Notes: a model not told the origin generated them from the letters alone. 63,727 nucleotides of DNA, filler included, from Octopus bimaculoides (GCF_001194135.2; 7 parts of 5 records of this genome joined end to end with filler, not necessarily neighbours in it); one strand, 5' to 3'. Counted from the whole stretch's first letter, positions 1 through 11,760 are shown. Translations and numbers: made by a program.

Positions 1-25
1 TATATATATATATATATATATATAT

Positions 26-235
26 ATTTCGAGCGTGGCCGTTTTCGTGCGGGTGACACGTAAAAGCACCGGCTACACTCTCTGAGTGGTTGGCGTTAGG
101 AAGGGCATCCAGCTGTAGAAACTCTGCCAAATCAGACTGGAGCCTGGTGTTGCCATCCGGTTTCACCAGTCCTCAGTCAAATCGTCCAACCCATGCTAGC
201 ATGGAAAGCGGACGTTAAACGATGATGATGATGAT
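26..235 (+). mobile_element. 3' end (UTR + (GAT)n tail) of an RTE-clade LINE
   Basis: Near-identical in reverse complement to the 3' UTR of the RTE copy at 10558-11238, which still carries RT C-terminal coding sequence. Confidence 0.9.
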
Positions 236-1589
236 ATATGAATATGACAGCAGTATTATCTGTCTGTCTGAGTTATTTATTTATTTTGTGTGTGTATGTA
301 TGTATGCATGCACACACACACACACATGCATACATCAGACAGACAGATAATACTGTTGTCATATTTGTATATATATGCTTGCTTGCTTGCTTGTTTGTCA
401 ACAGGATCACGAAGGATCATTTCAATATCAGTTAACATGATACAACTATTGAAAATAAGAAATTTCTTGTTAGCTTTATAATTTAACTAATATTTTTAAT
501 GATCATGTTTAGAAATTTACATATTTATCTGTACACACATTCATACATACTGGGAGAGAGAGAGAGATGATACTGTTGTCATATTCTAAAGAATGTATCA
601 GTGTGTGTGTGTGTCATAGAGAGAGATAGATTCATATTTTTTCTTTCAATGTTGTTATAAGCCACTTCCTTTAAAAGGTCTATCACTGCTTTTAACTTGA
701 GCTCTCATCCAATACACAAAATAACTTAGACGACTCATATGTACTGTCCACCTCAGTTTCCTTCAATCAGTTGTTTAAGAAAATAGTTGAATAAATATTT
801 TCTTACAATGTGTTTTATATTTCTCAACTGCTTCAGTAACTAAATTGACTCTTTAGAGACGCGACACATCAGATTATGGCAATGAAAGGTGATGTTAAAA
901 ATTAATATATATTTTGGTCTATTAAATGTTTCTTTTATTTCAATATTATTTTACCTTCTTTTACTGAACTCTTTCTAACATATATACCTATGTTTCACTT
1001 AAGTAAAATATTACTTATTCGAGGCATAAAACAACAGGTATTGATGTAACTGGAGAAATACTGAAAAATTCACGTCCATTTTTAAGGTTTATTCTTGGAT
1101 ATTTTTGACAAGACATGAAGCCAAGTTTTTTACAAGAAGTGGTTGATTTCTATTAATTAATATTTTATTGATCTACAAGGAACTGAAATTTGGAGTTGAT
1201 TTTGATGGCATTTGAACTTTAACCAATGTAGAACTAAACTAGTTACAATAGAACATCCAGCATTATCTGAATTATTTGTTCCACACTCATATTTTAAATA
1301 CTTGCAGGTTTCCTTAAACATGGGAAACTTTTTGTCTAATAATACTTGCAGAAATTTTGCTTATTCATGGTAATGTTTTCGTTGTTTTGGCTAATGAATA
1401 TAATTTTATGCTATTGATATTATTACGCCTCCTTTTCTCTGTCTTGGTTCCTTGGTTTATAGCACTTATATTCCATTGTCACAAATGCTGATGCCATTAT
1501 TATTATGATGGTTTGTGGTAAATGATAAGGAACTTCAACTTTGAATACCACCTCTTCCAGGTGGTTTAGGCATTCTATGACAGTTCAAA

Positions 1590-2449
1590 CAGCACAGTCC
1601 TGGAGTTTTTCTCAGGACAACAGTTGGAGTTCATCAAGGCTGTTTCATCTGCCCTGTACTTTTTAGTCTTTCTGGAAAACATCATGCAAAGATGCTACAT
1701 TACTTCCAAACGTACATTTCCATTAAAGGAAGTTCTTTTGAAACGTGTATTTTTCTGATGTTGTTGACTTAATGAGAGGCAGCAAAGCAGAACTCCAGGA
1801 ATTCACCACCACTCTTGAATGGTCGGTAGGAGTATACAGAATTGAGTATAGTGCAAGAAAGAGCAAGGCTCTAACCAGTAACCACAACCTGAGTACAGTA
1901 ACCAACATCGTGCTGAAAGGGCAAACACTGAAAGAAGTAGATTCAGTTTGAGCCAAGTTGGCAGCTCAATGAAGAAGAAAGAAATAAGACTTGTCTTATG
2001 AAAAAGTAGTTGCATCAGTTTTTTCCCCCACAAAGCTCAAACTGTACAAGTCTCTAGTGACTTTGATTTTTTTGAATTGCGAAGTCAGAGTTGGTAACTT
2101 ATAAGTGATTTGAAAAATATCTAGCATTTGTGCACAAGTGCTTCAGAAGGTTATTAGGCATCGTGTATACAGAGCATAAAACAAATGGTTTCATCAGACA
2201 AGTGACTAAATATGTTGATATGTAGAGACCACTCTTTGCTTCAGTGAAACACCCAAAGTTCACTTGGTACACGCATGTATTGTGGTATGAGTCCCTTTCC
2301 AAACCCATTCTTCAGGGAACAGGAAGGTAAAGAAAATGTAAAGTAAATCCTGGTCTGATAACATCAATGATTGGGTAGGTTTCATTTCTGTGACTCTGCT
2401 GCATGTGACAGGAGAGAAGGGATCAATGGCAGTTGCTGACCGTTGGAGT
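1590..2449 (+). mobile_element. Degenerate RTE-type LINE reverse transcriptase fragment (resumes at about 3188-3240)
   Basis: Remnant motifs GVHQGC (1626), YFSDVVDLMRGSKAELQEFTT (degraded F-A-D-D region) and SLSKPILQG...SWSDNINDW, with many frameshifts. Confidence 0.8.
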
Positions 2450-2457
2450 ATCTAGAA

Positions 2458-3179
2458 CAGTGTTTCTCAACTTTTTTACCCTTTACTCTTTTACTTGTTT
2501 CAGTCTTTTGACTGTGGCCATGCTGGAGCACCGCCTTTAGTTGAGCAAATCGACCCCAGGACTTATTCTTTGGAATCCTAGTACTTATTCTTTCAGTCTC
2601 TTTTGCCGAACCGCTAAGTTACAGGGACATAAACACACCAGCATCGGTTGTCAAGCGATGTTGGGGGGACAAACACAGACATACAAACATACATATATAT
2701 ATACATATATACGACAGGCTTCTTTCAGTTTCTGTCTACCAAATCCACTCACAAGGCATTGGTCGGCCCGAGGCTATAGTAGAAGACACTTGCCCAAGGT
2801 GCCATGCAGTGGGACTGAACCCGGGACCATGTGGTTGGTAAGCAAGCTACTTACCACACAGCCACTCCTACGCCTATGCGTAACCCTTAAAATAAATTAC
2901 ATGTCTCAAGGAATCCCTGCACAAAAAAAACTATATACCATATCTTTCTCATATTTTTCATTGTATTTCACATGGTGAATATATATACATGGTTATATTT
3001 TTTTGATAACATGATAATAGGATGATGTCTATATTACAATAACCAATACTATGTTGTGCATGTATAGTGATATTACGATCATGAAATTAGCATTAGCTTG
3101 TCTCACTTTTTCTCGCGGAACCCCTAGGAACCTTTTGTGGAACCCTAGGGTTCCAGAGAACCCCAGTTGAGAAATGCTG
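2458..3179. mobile_element. hAT (Charlie-type) MITE, interrupted by a SINE
   Basis: TIRs CAGTGTTTCTCAAC / GTTGAGAAATGCTG and a perfect 8-bp TSD ATCTAGAA at 2450-2457 and 3180-3187. Confidence 0.9.
2484..2878 (-). mobile_element. tRNA-derived SINE, family 1 (CORE-like), full length
   Basis: A/B-box-like head, ACCTTGGGCAAGTGTCTT core, internal (TA/CA)n tract. More than 12 copies in the window. Confidence 0.9.
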
Positions 3180-3558
3180 ATCTAGAATAACATCTCAACA
3201 AGTGGCTGTCAGTCATGGGAAGGTGGTGATGTTTCATTGGGTGGTCTTTCATAAACTATTTTCATGTCATACTTTTCCAGTTTGTTCTCAACATTGTTTT
3301 TACGTTTAGAAACACTTACATGTCTAATACTAACCTTAAATGAACCTTATCAGTTAATTGATTGTTAATCTAATTTCACTCTTAAAAATCCATTATATTT
3401 TATTAATGAACACCTACATAAAACTCTCATCATATTTTATTAATTTCCTTGTTGGTTTACTCTTCTTTGCAAACTTTGTTTTCAATTTTTTACCCCCCTC
3501 TTTCCTGGCAGCCTGCAGCTACAAGATTATCTTGTATAAAATGCTTATTACTCTAGCT

Positions 3559-4210
3559 CAGTGGTTCCCAAACTTGGAATCCTTAGACATTTTTTGTATT
3601 TGGTTTGCAAGATTCTTGATGTGAACTCTTTGTTGAAACATGCTTTGTTATATCTTGGGAGGGTCGTTATGCCAATAATAAACACATGCACTGCTTCTAT
3701 TTCACTACTTATTTGTCAGATGGTTAACCATTTAACTAATTAATTAAATGATTGCTTGATTAATTGTTCTGTCAATCAATAAGAAAGGTTTATCAAAGTC
3801 CTTTCATTGCCATTCTTGACCTCATCAGCGATATGCTCTCTCTACTTGAGGTTAATTACCAGTTGACAAATAAAAGAAATGAAAAATAAAGAAGTGTAAT
3901 ATAACCAGTGCACATGTTTACTATTGACGTAATGACCCTCCCATGATACAAGAAAATCCTTATACAATTTTCCAAAAATTACATGACCCGTATATATGGT
4001 TTATGAATAACCCCTTACAACCCTAATTTTAATAAAGCATTGAATGAAACAAAAATTTATTTAGATAAAAATTTATCAATATGAAGTCAGAATACCATTT
4101 TTCTTTTTTTATAAAATCAAAAAAAAAAAAGAAAGAAAATTTGATTAAGAAGCACCATATCTTGTGGAATCCCAGAATTTTTTTCCATAATTCTGACTTG
4201 GGAAACACTG
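3559..4210. mobile_element. hAT-type MITE
   Basis: Ends CAGTGGTTCCCAAAC / TTGGGAAACACTG. Flanks ctctagct / gtctagtg form a degenerate NTCTAGNN target. Confidence 0.65.
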
Positions 4211-5329
4211 GTCTAGTGGAAAGGGTGGGGTTTTAAGGGGGAAAACATTTCAGAGTAACTTCCCACAACACCACAGATATATATATATATATATATTTTT
4301 TTTTTTTAAAGTATATAATTATAAAATATAATTAAGGGCTCTGAAATGACAGTGCCTATATGCCAAAAGTAGATGTCAAATACCTACAAGCCACTCTAAA
4401 TTAGTTCTCTATTTATAACCCTAGGTTGGATGCAAGCTAATGAGCCAGAAGATTTACAAAATTTTGGATAATCCTATATTGTAAGATTTCATACTCTGCA
4501 ATCGAAATTGCTTTGCAATCATCAGTGAAATACACAGATAAACCTATAAACAAGAAATACATATACATACTGATAAATCAATTTATAGATACCAATATAT
4601 ACATGCATTTCCCGCACATACATTCCATCTACTAGCCAATAGAGAACAGATTTTGAGTGGATTGTAGGTATTTGACATCTACTTTTAGCGTATAGGTACT
4701 GGCATTCCAGAGCCCTTAATTATAATTATATTTTATTATTACATACTTAAAAATTAATTTTATCGATACAGTCATTTTTTTGATGATGATGATGATGATA
4801 GCCACTGATATAATCAGTTTAATGATTATATCCTTAATTTATAACTAATATATATATATATATGTATATATATATATCTGTCTGTCTGTCAATTTCCATT
4901 GTTATTTGATCAATGATAGCAAATACAGTAATTATATTTATTACATACTTCTATTCTTTTTACTGGTTTCATTCATTGGACTGCGGCTATGCCGAGTCAC
5001 TGCCTTGTATACTAGAATGAAATTATATAAAGAGCGATCAAAATAAACAATGACCAGGAGTGTAACCATAACATAGATCAAGTCTAGGAGCATTCACCGT
5101 TGGTAACCACGCCCCTAATTTATCTGGAAAATGTACATGTTTATGAATATATATATGTAACATTTTTTTTTATGAGTTTCTTCAGTTTATTGCAACTTTT
5201 GCTTCTCCTCTTGAAACAGATTTGCTTTGGCCAGGTACAAAGCTACTTTTTTGTAGAAGTGGGTAGAGTTGATGGAACAGTAGTGTGCATGGACGTGAAT
5301 TTTTGTGTGTGTGTATGTATATATATATA

Positions 5330-5467
5330 TATATAGCAATAAGAAAATGGAGGGGAATAGGTGGTATTCATCAACTTGCAGACATTGTATTGTGTCAATT
5401 TACCTGTTAATTTGTTTGCAAGTCGATGAATATCACCTATTCCCCTCCATTTTCTTATTGCTATATA
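5330..5467. mobile_element. Short hairpin MITE (51-bp arms, 36-nt loop) in TA context
   Basis: 5330-5380 is the reverse complement of 5417-5467 with 2 mismatches. Confidence 0.75.
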
Positions 5468-5526
5468 AATAAATGGTAAAATATCTTTATACCTGCACCC
5501 ATTTATTGCACTTGGTAATACAAATA

Positions 5527-5925
5527 TTCTTTTATTTGTTTCAATAATTTCACTGTGGCCATGCTGGAGCACCGCCTTTAGTCGAGCAAATCGACCCCAG
5601 GACTTATTCTTTGTAAGCCTGGTACTTATTCTATCAGTCTCTTTTGCCAAACCACTAAGTTATGGGGATGTAAACACACCAGCATCAGTTGACAAGCAAT
5701 GATGGGTGGACAAACACAGACACCCAAACATATACACACACACACACATATATATGTATATATGACAGGCTTTTTTCGGTTTCCGTCTACCAAATCCACT
5801 CACAAGACTTTGGTTGGCCCGAGGCTATAGTAGAAGACACTTGCCCAGGGTGCCATGCAATGGGACTGAACCCAGAACCATGTGGTTGGTAAGCATGCTA
5901 CTTACCATATAGCCACTTCTGCACC
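5527..5925 (-). mobile_element. SINE family 1
   Basis: Colinear with the 2484-2878 copy. Confidence 0.9.
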
Positions 5926-6119
5926 TCTGTATATTTTGAATGATAGATTTGATGTTTATTGCATAGGAATGGTTGGTATTTTGTGACTCATTTGAACATT
6001 GATGGCTGGATAGATAGTAGCTGAGCAATGTGAAGATTGGTGAGATGCTGATTAGCTCCTGGGAGTATTTGTAAATCGTTTCTTATTCCTGGTTCTAAGT
6101 AGGTGAAATGATGACCTCC

Positions 6120-6340
6120 CTACTCTCGGTGCCATGATAGAATGTACTTGTATCCTCTGTAAAGTGACTGGCATTAGGAGGGGTTTCCAGCTGCAGAAGC
6201 CATGCTGAAATTCAAATGTACAATTGCTTTATGGTCCTCTGCTTTGTCTAGGAGGGCAATTAACTTCAGATAAGAACTAACTTGAACTGTGATTACTCAT
6301 TCAACCCATTACCAGTATAGAAAGTAGACATGATGATGAT
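6120..6340 (+). mobile_element. Old RTE 3'-end fragment
   Basis: Diverged ggcattaggagggg...ccagctgcagaa and aacccattaccagtatagaaagtagacatgatgatgat tail. Confidence 0.6.
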
Positions 6341-7493
6341 ATGTAGGTAAAGTTATTCTAATGTATGGTTGTTCTTCTTGAGAGTTAGAACCATACTATC
6401 TTGTTGAATGATAAGGGGTATTTGAGCATCTCATTCGCTCAAAACTTGTACTAACTACCCCCGATCCTTCCTCTTCAGAATTGCATCCCTCTGGAGCCCC
6501 TACCCACTTCAGAAGTTCAAGCTGAACATCATCCACATAGAAATCATCAGTATGGTAATGCACTACAAATGTTATGGGTGATACCTTGTTTTGGCCTTTA
6601 TAATTTAAAAGAAAACTTAAAATTTAGCATGGGTGGTTATCATTGACCTATATTTGATTACAAAATATGATACATTAAATGAGATGTGAACACGGTAAAA
6701 TGAAAAGATTATAATTCTGTTGTGCTTTGGCAAATAACTCATTTTTTTCCCCCACTAACCTTTTAATCTAACATTGATATATAAACCTACATAGCTAATG
6801 CAATCAGATTGAATGTGACTATATATTTGGCATAAAGATTATTTGCCAATATAATGTAGCAGTCCTGGCTAGGAGGAATGTTACTGCTATTTACAATGTT
6901 TCCTGGGCTAAATAGCAGTAACATTCATCCTAGACAAGACTGCCACGTTATTTTGGCAAATAATCTTTACACTAGAGTATTGTTACTGAAAGTCTCTCAT
7001 TTGGAGATTTACAAATAATAATTTTCTATTTTATGTATTTGGCCTTTTCAAGGAATAATTTTGTTTTGTTCCATACAAACTTGGAAAAATGGGTGTAAAA
7101 CAATGTTGATAATGATGACAGGGAGGTCTCATTTATCAATCCCTTTTAAATTTAGATTTTTTTTTGTAATAATTTTTCACTTGTACTAATATGGAGTTGA
7201 TTTATGCCATCTGTTAAATAGCAAACCTTACTCTGTTTAATAATGAAGTATAAATTATTTGTGTGTATTTAAAACAAAAAATCCAGGCCAGAGTCTTGGA
7301 AACTTCTTTGAGTAAGGTTTTAAATGTCTGAACATTATTGAAAATATTACATATATTATAATAGTATTTGCAGTTTTAAATATTAAAAAAAAAATCTTTC
7401 AGCTTAATTTAATTTAGAATATATTTATCAGATGTTGGTTGATATAAAATGTTACTCTAATTCAAATTTAAACAACCATTTTAATTTTTCCAG

Positions 7494-7567
7494 CTTGTGA
7501 AGTCCATTTTGAAAACACTCCAGTTCCTGTAGAAAATGTTATTGGTCAAGTAGGTGAAGGATTTAAG
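7494..7567 (+). CDS. ACAD9: Acyl-CoA dehydrogenase family member 9, internal exon (equivalent to human exon 8), 74 nt, phase 1 to 0
   Basis: tttttccag acceptor and gtgtgt donor. Encodes (T)[24 protein letters not shown], matching the ACAD9 segment [25 protein letters not shown] recalled from human, and closer to it than to ACADVL. Confidence 0.95.
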
Positions 7568-7616
7568 GTGTGTATTTTTGGTATAAGTTTTTGCAACTTA
7601 TATCTTTTAAATAATC

Positions 7617-8004
7617 CTTTATTCTTTTACTTGTTCCAGTCATTTGACTGCAGCCATGCTGGAGCACCGCCTTTAGTCGAGCAAATCGACTCCAGGACTT
7701 ATTCTTTGTAGGCCTAGTACTTATTCTATCGGTCTCTTTTGCCGAACCGCTAAGTTACGGGGACGTAAACACACCAACATCGGTTGTCAAGTGATAGTGG
7801 GGAGACAAACACACGCACATATATATACATATACATATATACGACGGGCTTCTCTCAGTTTCTATCTACCAAATCCACTCACAAGGCTTTGGTCAGCCCG
7901 AGGCTATAGTAGACGACACTTACCCAAGGTGCCACGCAGTGGGATTGAACCCAGAACCATGTGGTTGGTAAGCAAGCTACTTACCACACAGCCACTCCTG
8001 CGCC
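7617..8004 (-). mobile_element. SINE family 1
   Basis: Full-length copy starting about 50 nt downstream of the ACAD9 exon donor. Confidence 0.9.
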
Positions 8005-8097
8005 TTTCCAAATAATGATTTTTTTTTTTATCTTACCTGGCTCACAGCCAATTCCCTCTGTTCCTATCCCTCTCTCAGCTGAGAGCTCTTTGTTTTG

Positions 8098-8307
8098 CAA
8101 GCTACTTGGCAACCCTGCTGGTGCCACCACATAGAAAGCACCCAGTACACTCCAGCAACTGGTTGGCATTAGGAAGGGTATCCATCTGTAGAAACCATGC
8201 CAAACCAGACGACTGGAGCCTAGTGTAGCTTTCTGGTTTTTCAACTCTTATTGAACTGTCCAACCCATGCCAGCATGGAAAATGAACATTAAATGATGAT
8301 GATGAGA
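8098..8307 (+). mobile_element. RTE 3'-end fragment
   Basis: ggcattaggaagggtatccatctgtagaaa...aacccatgccagcatggaaaa and (GAT)n tail. Confidence 0.8.
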
Positions 8308-8590
8308 TAAGGTACAAAGCTAATCTTTGATGGAAGAACTGGTTGACAGTATATTAGTTGTACTTTTCCATTTTTGATTCATGTAAGATTTAAACTCTGA
8401 GTAGTAAAGTAATGAAACAGTCACAAGGTCAACATTCCATAGCCTTGGTCATCTTTACCATTCAGTACTTTTAAAATATAAATACAGTTTTTGTTATTCT
8501 TGAGCAATATGCATGATGCACTGATCTGACCACAAATCCCATCTTCTGTGTATATTCAGTTATTCAATAATGAACACTGAAATCTGTTTG

Positions 8591-9171
8591 AAATTTTGGA
8601 TCTTTTTTAAAACGGGGGCCACATTTTTCATTAATGTTTTATGTAGTGTTTTTGGTACTGAAAGACTTTCAAACTTCGTATACTTATCTATTTTGTGTTA
8701 TAGAACAGAAAAATATTTTTGTATTCGAATTTATTTCATGTAAAAAATTGTCTTATTTCGATAATTTCAACCAATCACTGACAAGTATTCAATTGTTTAT
8801 ATTTACTCCTTTGGCTGATTAAGCGGTGTAAAGCGTATTTAATCTCCATACCTTTGTTTTATTTGCTTTTTTCATTTTAAATTTGCTTTAACCCTAACCC
8901 TAACCCTAACCCTATCACCGATAGAATTGTTTCAGAATCGTTTGTTTATGTAGTCGGCACTTAATGTATATCGGCTGAATGGACGTCAGTGATTGGTTGA
9001 AATTACAGAAATACGACAACTTTAACATGGAATAAGTTAGGGATTTCTTTTTTTTTAAAGAAGACTAAGAGAAAAAGATGTTTTATATGACACATTCTAC
9101 CAGTGTTCCAAGTTTCAAAGTGTTTCATTAATGAAAAATGTGGCCCCCGTTTTAAAAAAGATCCAAAATTT
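8591..9171. mobile_element. MITE with 46-bp perfect inverted ends and an internal (AACCCT)4 tract
   Basis: 8591-8636 is the exact reverse complement of 9126-9171. aaccctaaccctaaccctaaccct lies at about 8889-8913. Confidence 0.85.
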
Positions 9172-9514
9172 TTTATTGAAAATATATATTTTTTTTATTG
9201 TAAACATAAAAAAAAAAGTTGTTGTTGTTACTATGAATGTCAAAACACCGAGATAGTTTGAAGCTTATTGTTTCTGGATTAGGTATCATAGTAGTCACTG
9301 TGGTGGTGTTAGCTGATCATTGTGTGTTGTGGTTGCTGTTCATCCATAGTTTTGTGTTGTGACAGCACTCTGGTCTGCTGCTGGTTGTGCTACTATCTGC
9401 TGCTGTCTTCTCTATCTGGTCTGGTGTCTGCTAACCACCATCTGTTGATAGTGGCTAAAATGCATTGGTCTTGCTCAGAAAAACGTGCCAAAGATGAAAT
9501 TGTTGTTAGACATG

Positions 9515-9716
9515 TGGGAGAATGTACGAAAAAACAACAACAGACGAGGACAGGTGGTGTAAATAACAAAAGGTTGTATTAGTATGACGCTCGGGAATAC
9601 AGAAAGTCTTTGACGTTTCGAGCTACGCTCTTCAACAGAAAGAATACGGAGACAAGGAGAAAAACACGGAGAAAAAAAATTGAATAGTGTTCAGTCAACG
9701 GTCAATCATAATAATG
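9515..9716 (-). mobile_element. 202-bp insertion flanked by a 16-bp TSD; retrozyme-like or Penelope solo-pLTR-like element
   Basis: ATTGTTGTTAGACATG occurs directly repeated at 9499-9514 and 9717-9732. The insert contains a hammerhead-like motif. Confidence 0.7.
9607..9643 (-). ncRNA. Minimal type I hammerhead ribozyme-like motif (core variant CUGUUGA)
   Basis: Minus strand reads UCUUU-CUGUUGA-A-GAGC(GUA)GCUC-GAAAC-GUC^AAAGA. Stem I is UCUUU/AAAGA, stem II is GAGC/GCUC, stem III is palindromic ACGU, and a GUC cleavage triplet is present. Confidence 0.6.
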
Positions 9717-10196
9717 ATTGTTGTTAGACATGGTTCCACACAAATTCTTGAATGGTCAGATTTTTTGATAAAGCTGGTTGTATTCTCACAAAATGTGATT
9801 GTTTTCTTGAGTTGTTTTTTTTTCTGCATCAGATATAGTGATCTGGGTTTGATTGCTAAATATTCATGCTTCACCTATTTATAATTGTATCTGTTGTGAG
9901 AAAAGTAGACATTTGTAAGTTCCATGTTAGCTGAAGAATTTCTAGTTCTGCAGAAATGTTGCAGCAGCAGCAAATAAAACATAAAAGTAGTAGTTTAATA
10001 TGTCTAACAGTGCAAACCTCTTCTATGATAATATGAGCTTGGAATTGAGCTTCTAACACAACAATAGAATAAGAGGGCATATATTTTGATGAATAAGCAC
10101 TTCTTGTATATAATTTGAACTATTAACACTAGAAATACCAAAAAACTTTTGCTTAACCTGGAATATATATGGATGCTAAATGATGATGCTAATGAT

Positions 10197-10232
<36 letters not shown>

Positions 10233-10428
10233 GTGAAAAATTTAAGATATCTGTTTTTATATATTCATTTTGTATTAATGACTTACTGTAGACTATGTAT
10301 TTAAAAATGCATATGTTTCCATTAATTTTCAGGGCAGAGAAGTAAAACTAACTCTTGGTATTTGAGTATTAGCTTAATTTAATACCACTATTTTCCTCTC
10401 TATTACTAAGAACTATTTTGGTTTTTAG

Positions 10429-10504
10429 ATTGCAGTCAATATTCTTAACAGTGGTCGGTTCAGTATGGGGAGTTCCAACTCTGGTGCCCTCAAGAAGCTG
10501 CTGG
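10429..10504 (+). CDS. ACAD9: ACAD9 internal exon (equivalent to human exon 9), 76 nt, phase 0 to 1
   Basis: gtttttag acceptor and gtaaat donor. Encodes IAVNILNSGRFSMGSSNSGALKKLL, containing the NILNSGRFSMG motif, in frame with the previous exon. Confidence 0.95.
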
Positions 10505-10557
10505 GTAAATCTTTAAATATTTTTTTCTTCTCTGTTATTTCTCATAATAATAATAAT

Positions 10558-11238
10558 CATCATCATCGTTTAACGTCCGCTTTCCATGCTAGCATGGGTT
10601 GGACGATTTGACTGAGGACTGGTGCAACCGGATGGCTACACCAGGCTCCAATCTAATTTGGCAGAGTTTCTACAGCTGGATGCCCTTCCTAACGCCAACC
10701 ACTCAGAGAGTGTAGTGGGTGCTTTTAAGTGTCACCCGCACGAAAACGGCCACGCTCGAAATGGTGTCTTTTATGTGCCACCCGCACAAGAGCCAGTCCA
10801 GGGGTACTGGCAACGATCTCGCTCGAAAACCCTACAAGGCCAGTCAGGTGGTACTGGCAACGGTTACGCTCNNNNNNNNNNNNNNNNNNNNNNNNNNNNN
10901 NNNNNNNNNNNNNNNNNNNNNNNNNNNNNNNNNNNNNNNTGAGGCCCAATGTTCAAAGGTCTTGCCTCACCACCTCAGCCCAGGTCTTCCTGGGCCTACC
11001 TCTTCCACGGGTTCCCTCAACTGTTAGGGAGTGACACTTTTTCACGCAGCTATCCTCATTCATTCTCACCACATGTCCAAACCAGCGCAAACGTCTCTCT
11101 TGCACACCACTACTGATGCTTCTTATGTTCAACTTTTCTCTCAAGATACTTACACTCTGACGGGTATGCACATTTACATTACACATCCAGCGGAGCATAC
11201 TGGCTTCATTCCTTGCGAGCTTACGCATGTCCTCAGCA
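10558..11238 (-). mobile_element. 5'-truncated RTE-clade LINE (RT C-terminus + 3' UTR + (GAT)n tail)
   Basis: ORF 10953-11315 contains EASMLRWMC...ERRLRWFGHVVRM...EGTRGRGRPRKTW. Probable TSD AATAATAAT at 10549-10557 and 11239-11247. Confidence 0.92.
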
Positions 11239-11254
11239 AATAATAATGAAATTA

Positions 11255-11660
11255 TTGTATACAGTGCACTACAACTTGTCAAAAGTGCGTATAAAGCATA
11301 TACAGTAATGTACAAATGTCTGGAAAGTGAACAGTGTATGAGTCAGATACATGCTTGCGTGTGTATGGAGGGGAGAAAATCAGGTGTAGTGTTGGCGAAT
11401 CTCAGGAAGCATGGAAGTTTTGAAGGATGCAGTGCTCCGACAACTAACAACTGATGTTGGCAGTTTGTTCCATACTTCGGCAACTCTTAGTGTGAAAAAG
11501 TGTTTCCGAAAGTCATGGGAGCTGTGCTGTTTTCTGACTTTGTAAAGATGTCCATGGGTGTTAAACAGGTGGAATTTGAAAAGATGATCAGAGTTATTGT
11601 TAGTAAGATGTTTAATAATTTTATGGGTGCCTGCCAGAGGGGGACAACTACCAGCATCAA
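11255..11660 (-). mobile_element. CR1/L2-clade LINE 3' fragment
   Basis: Minus strand translates HFFTLRVAEVWNKLPTSVVSCRSTASFKTSMLPEIRQHYT*, the typical CR1 terminal motif. Confidence 0.85.
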
Positions 11661-11760
11661 CTTGCTATAAAAGCAGGTAGTAATTTTACCTTGTACTTAT
11701 TCTTAGTGCCAGTTTTAAAGAGTGTAGTTCGATTTTAACAGTTATTTTTTCAAAGCTATA

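Noticed and set aside
5243-5650. Minus ORF containing CRYKDILPF, resembling the tyrosine-phosphatase KNRYKDILP motif
   Set aside because: The ORF is stitched from a SINE end, a hairpin MITE arm and a TA repeat. No DHSRV continuation or other PTP exon was found, so it is a chance match.
8889-8913. Chromosome-end telomere
   Set aside because: Only four units, internal to a MITE.
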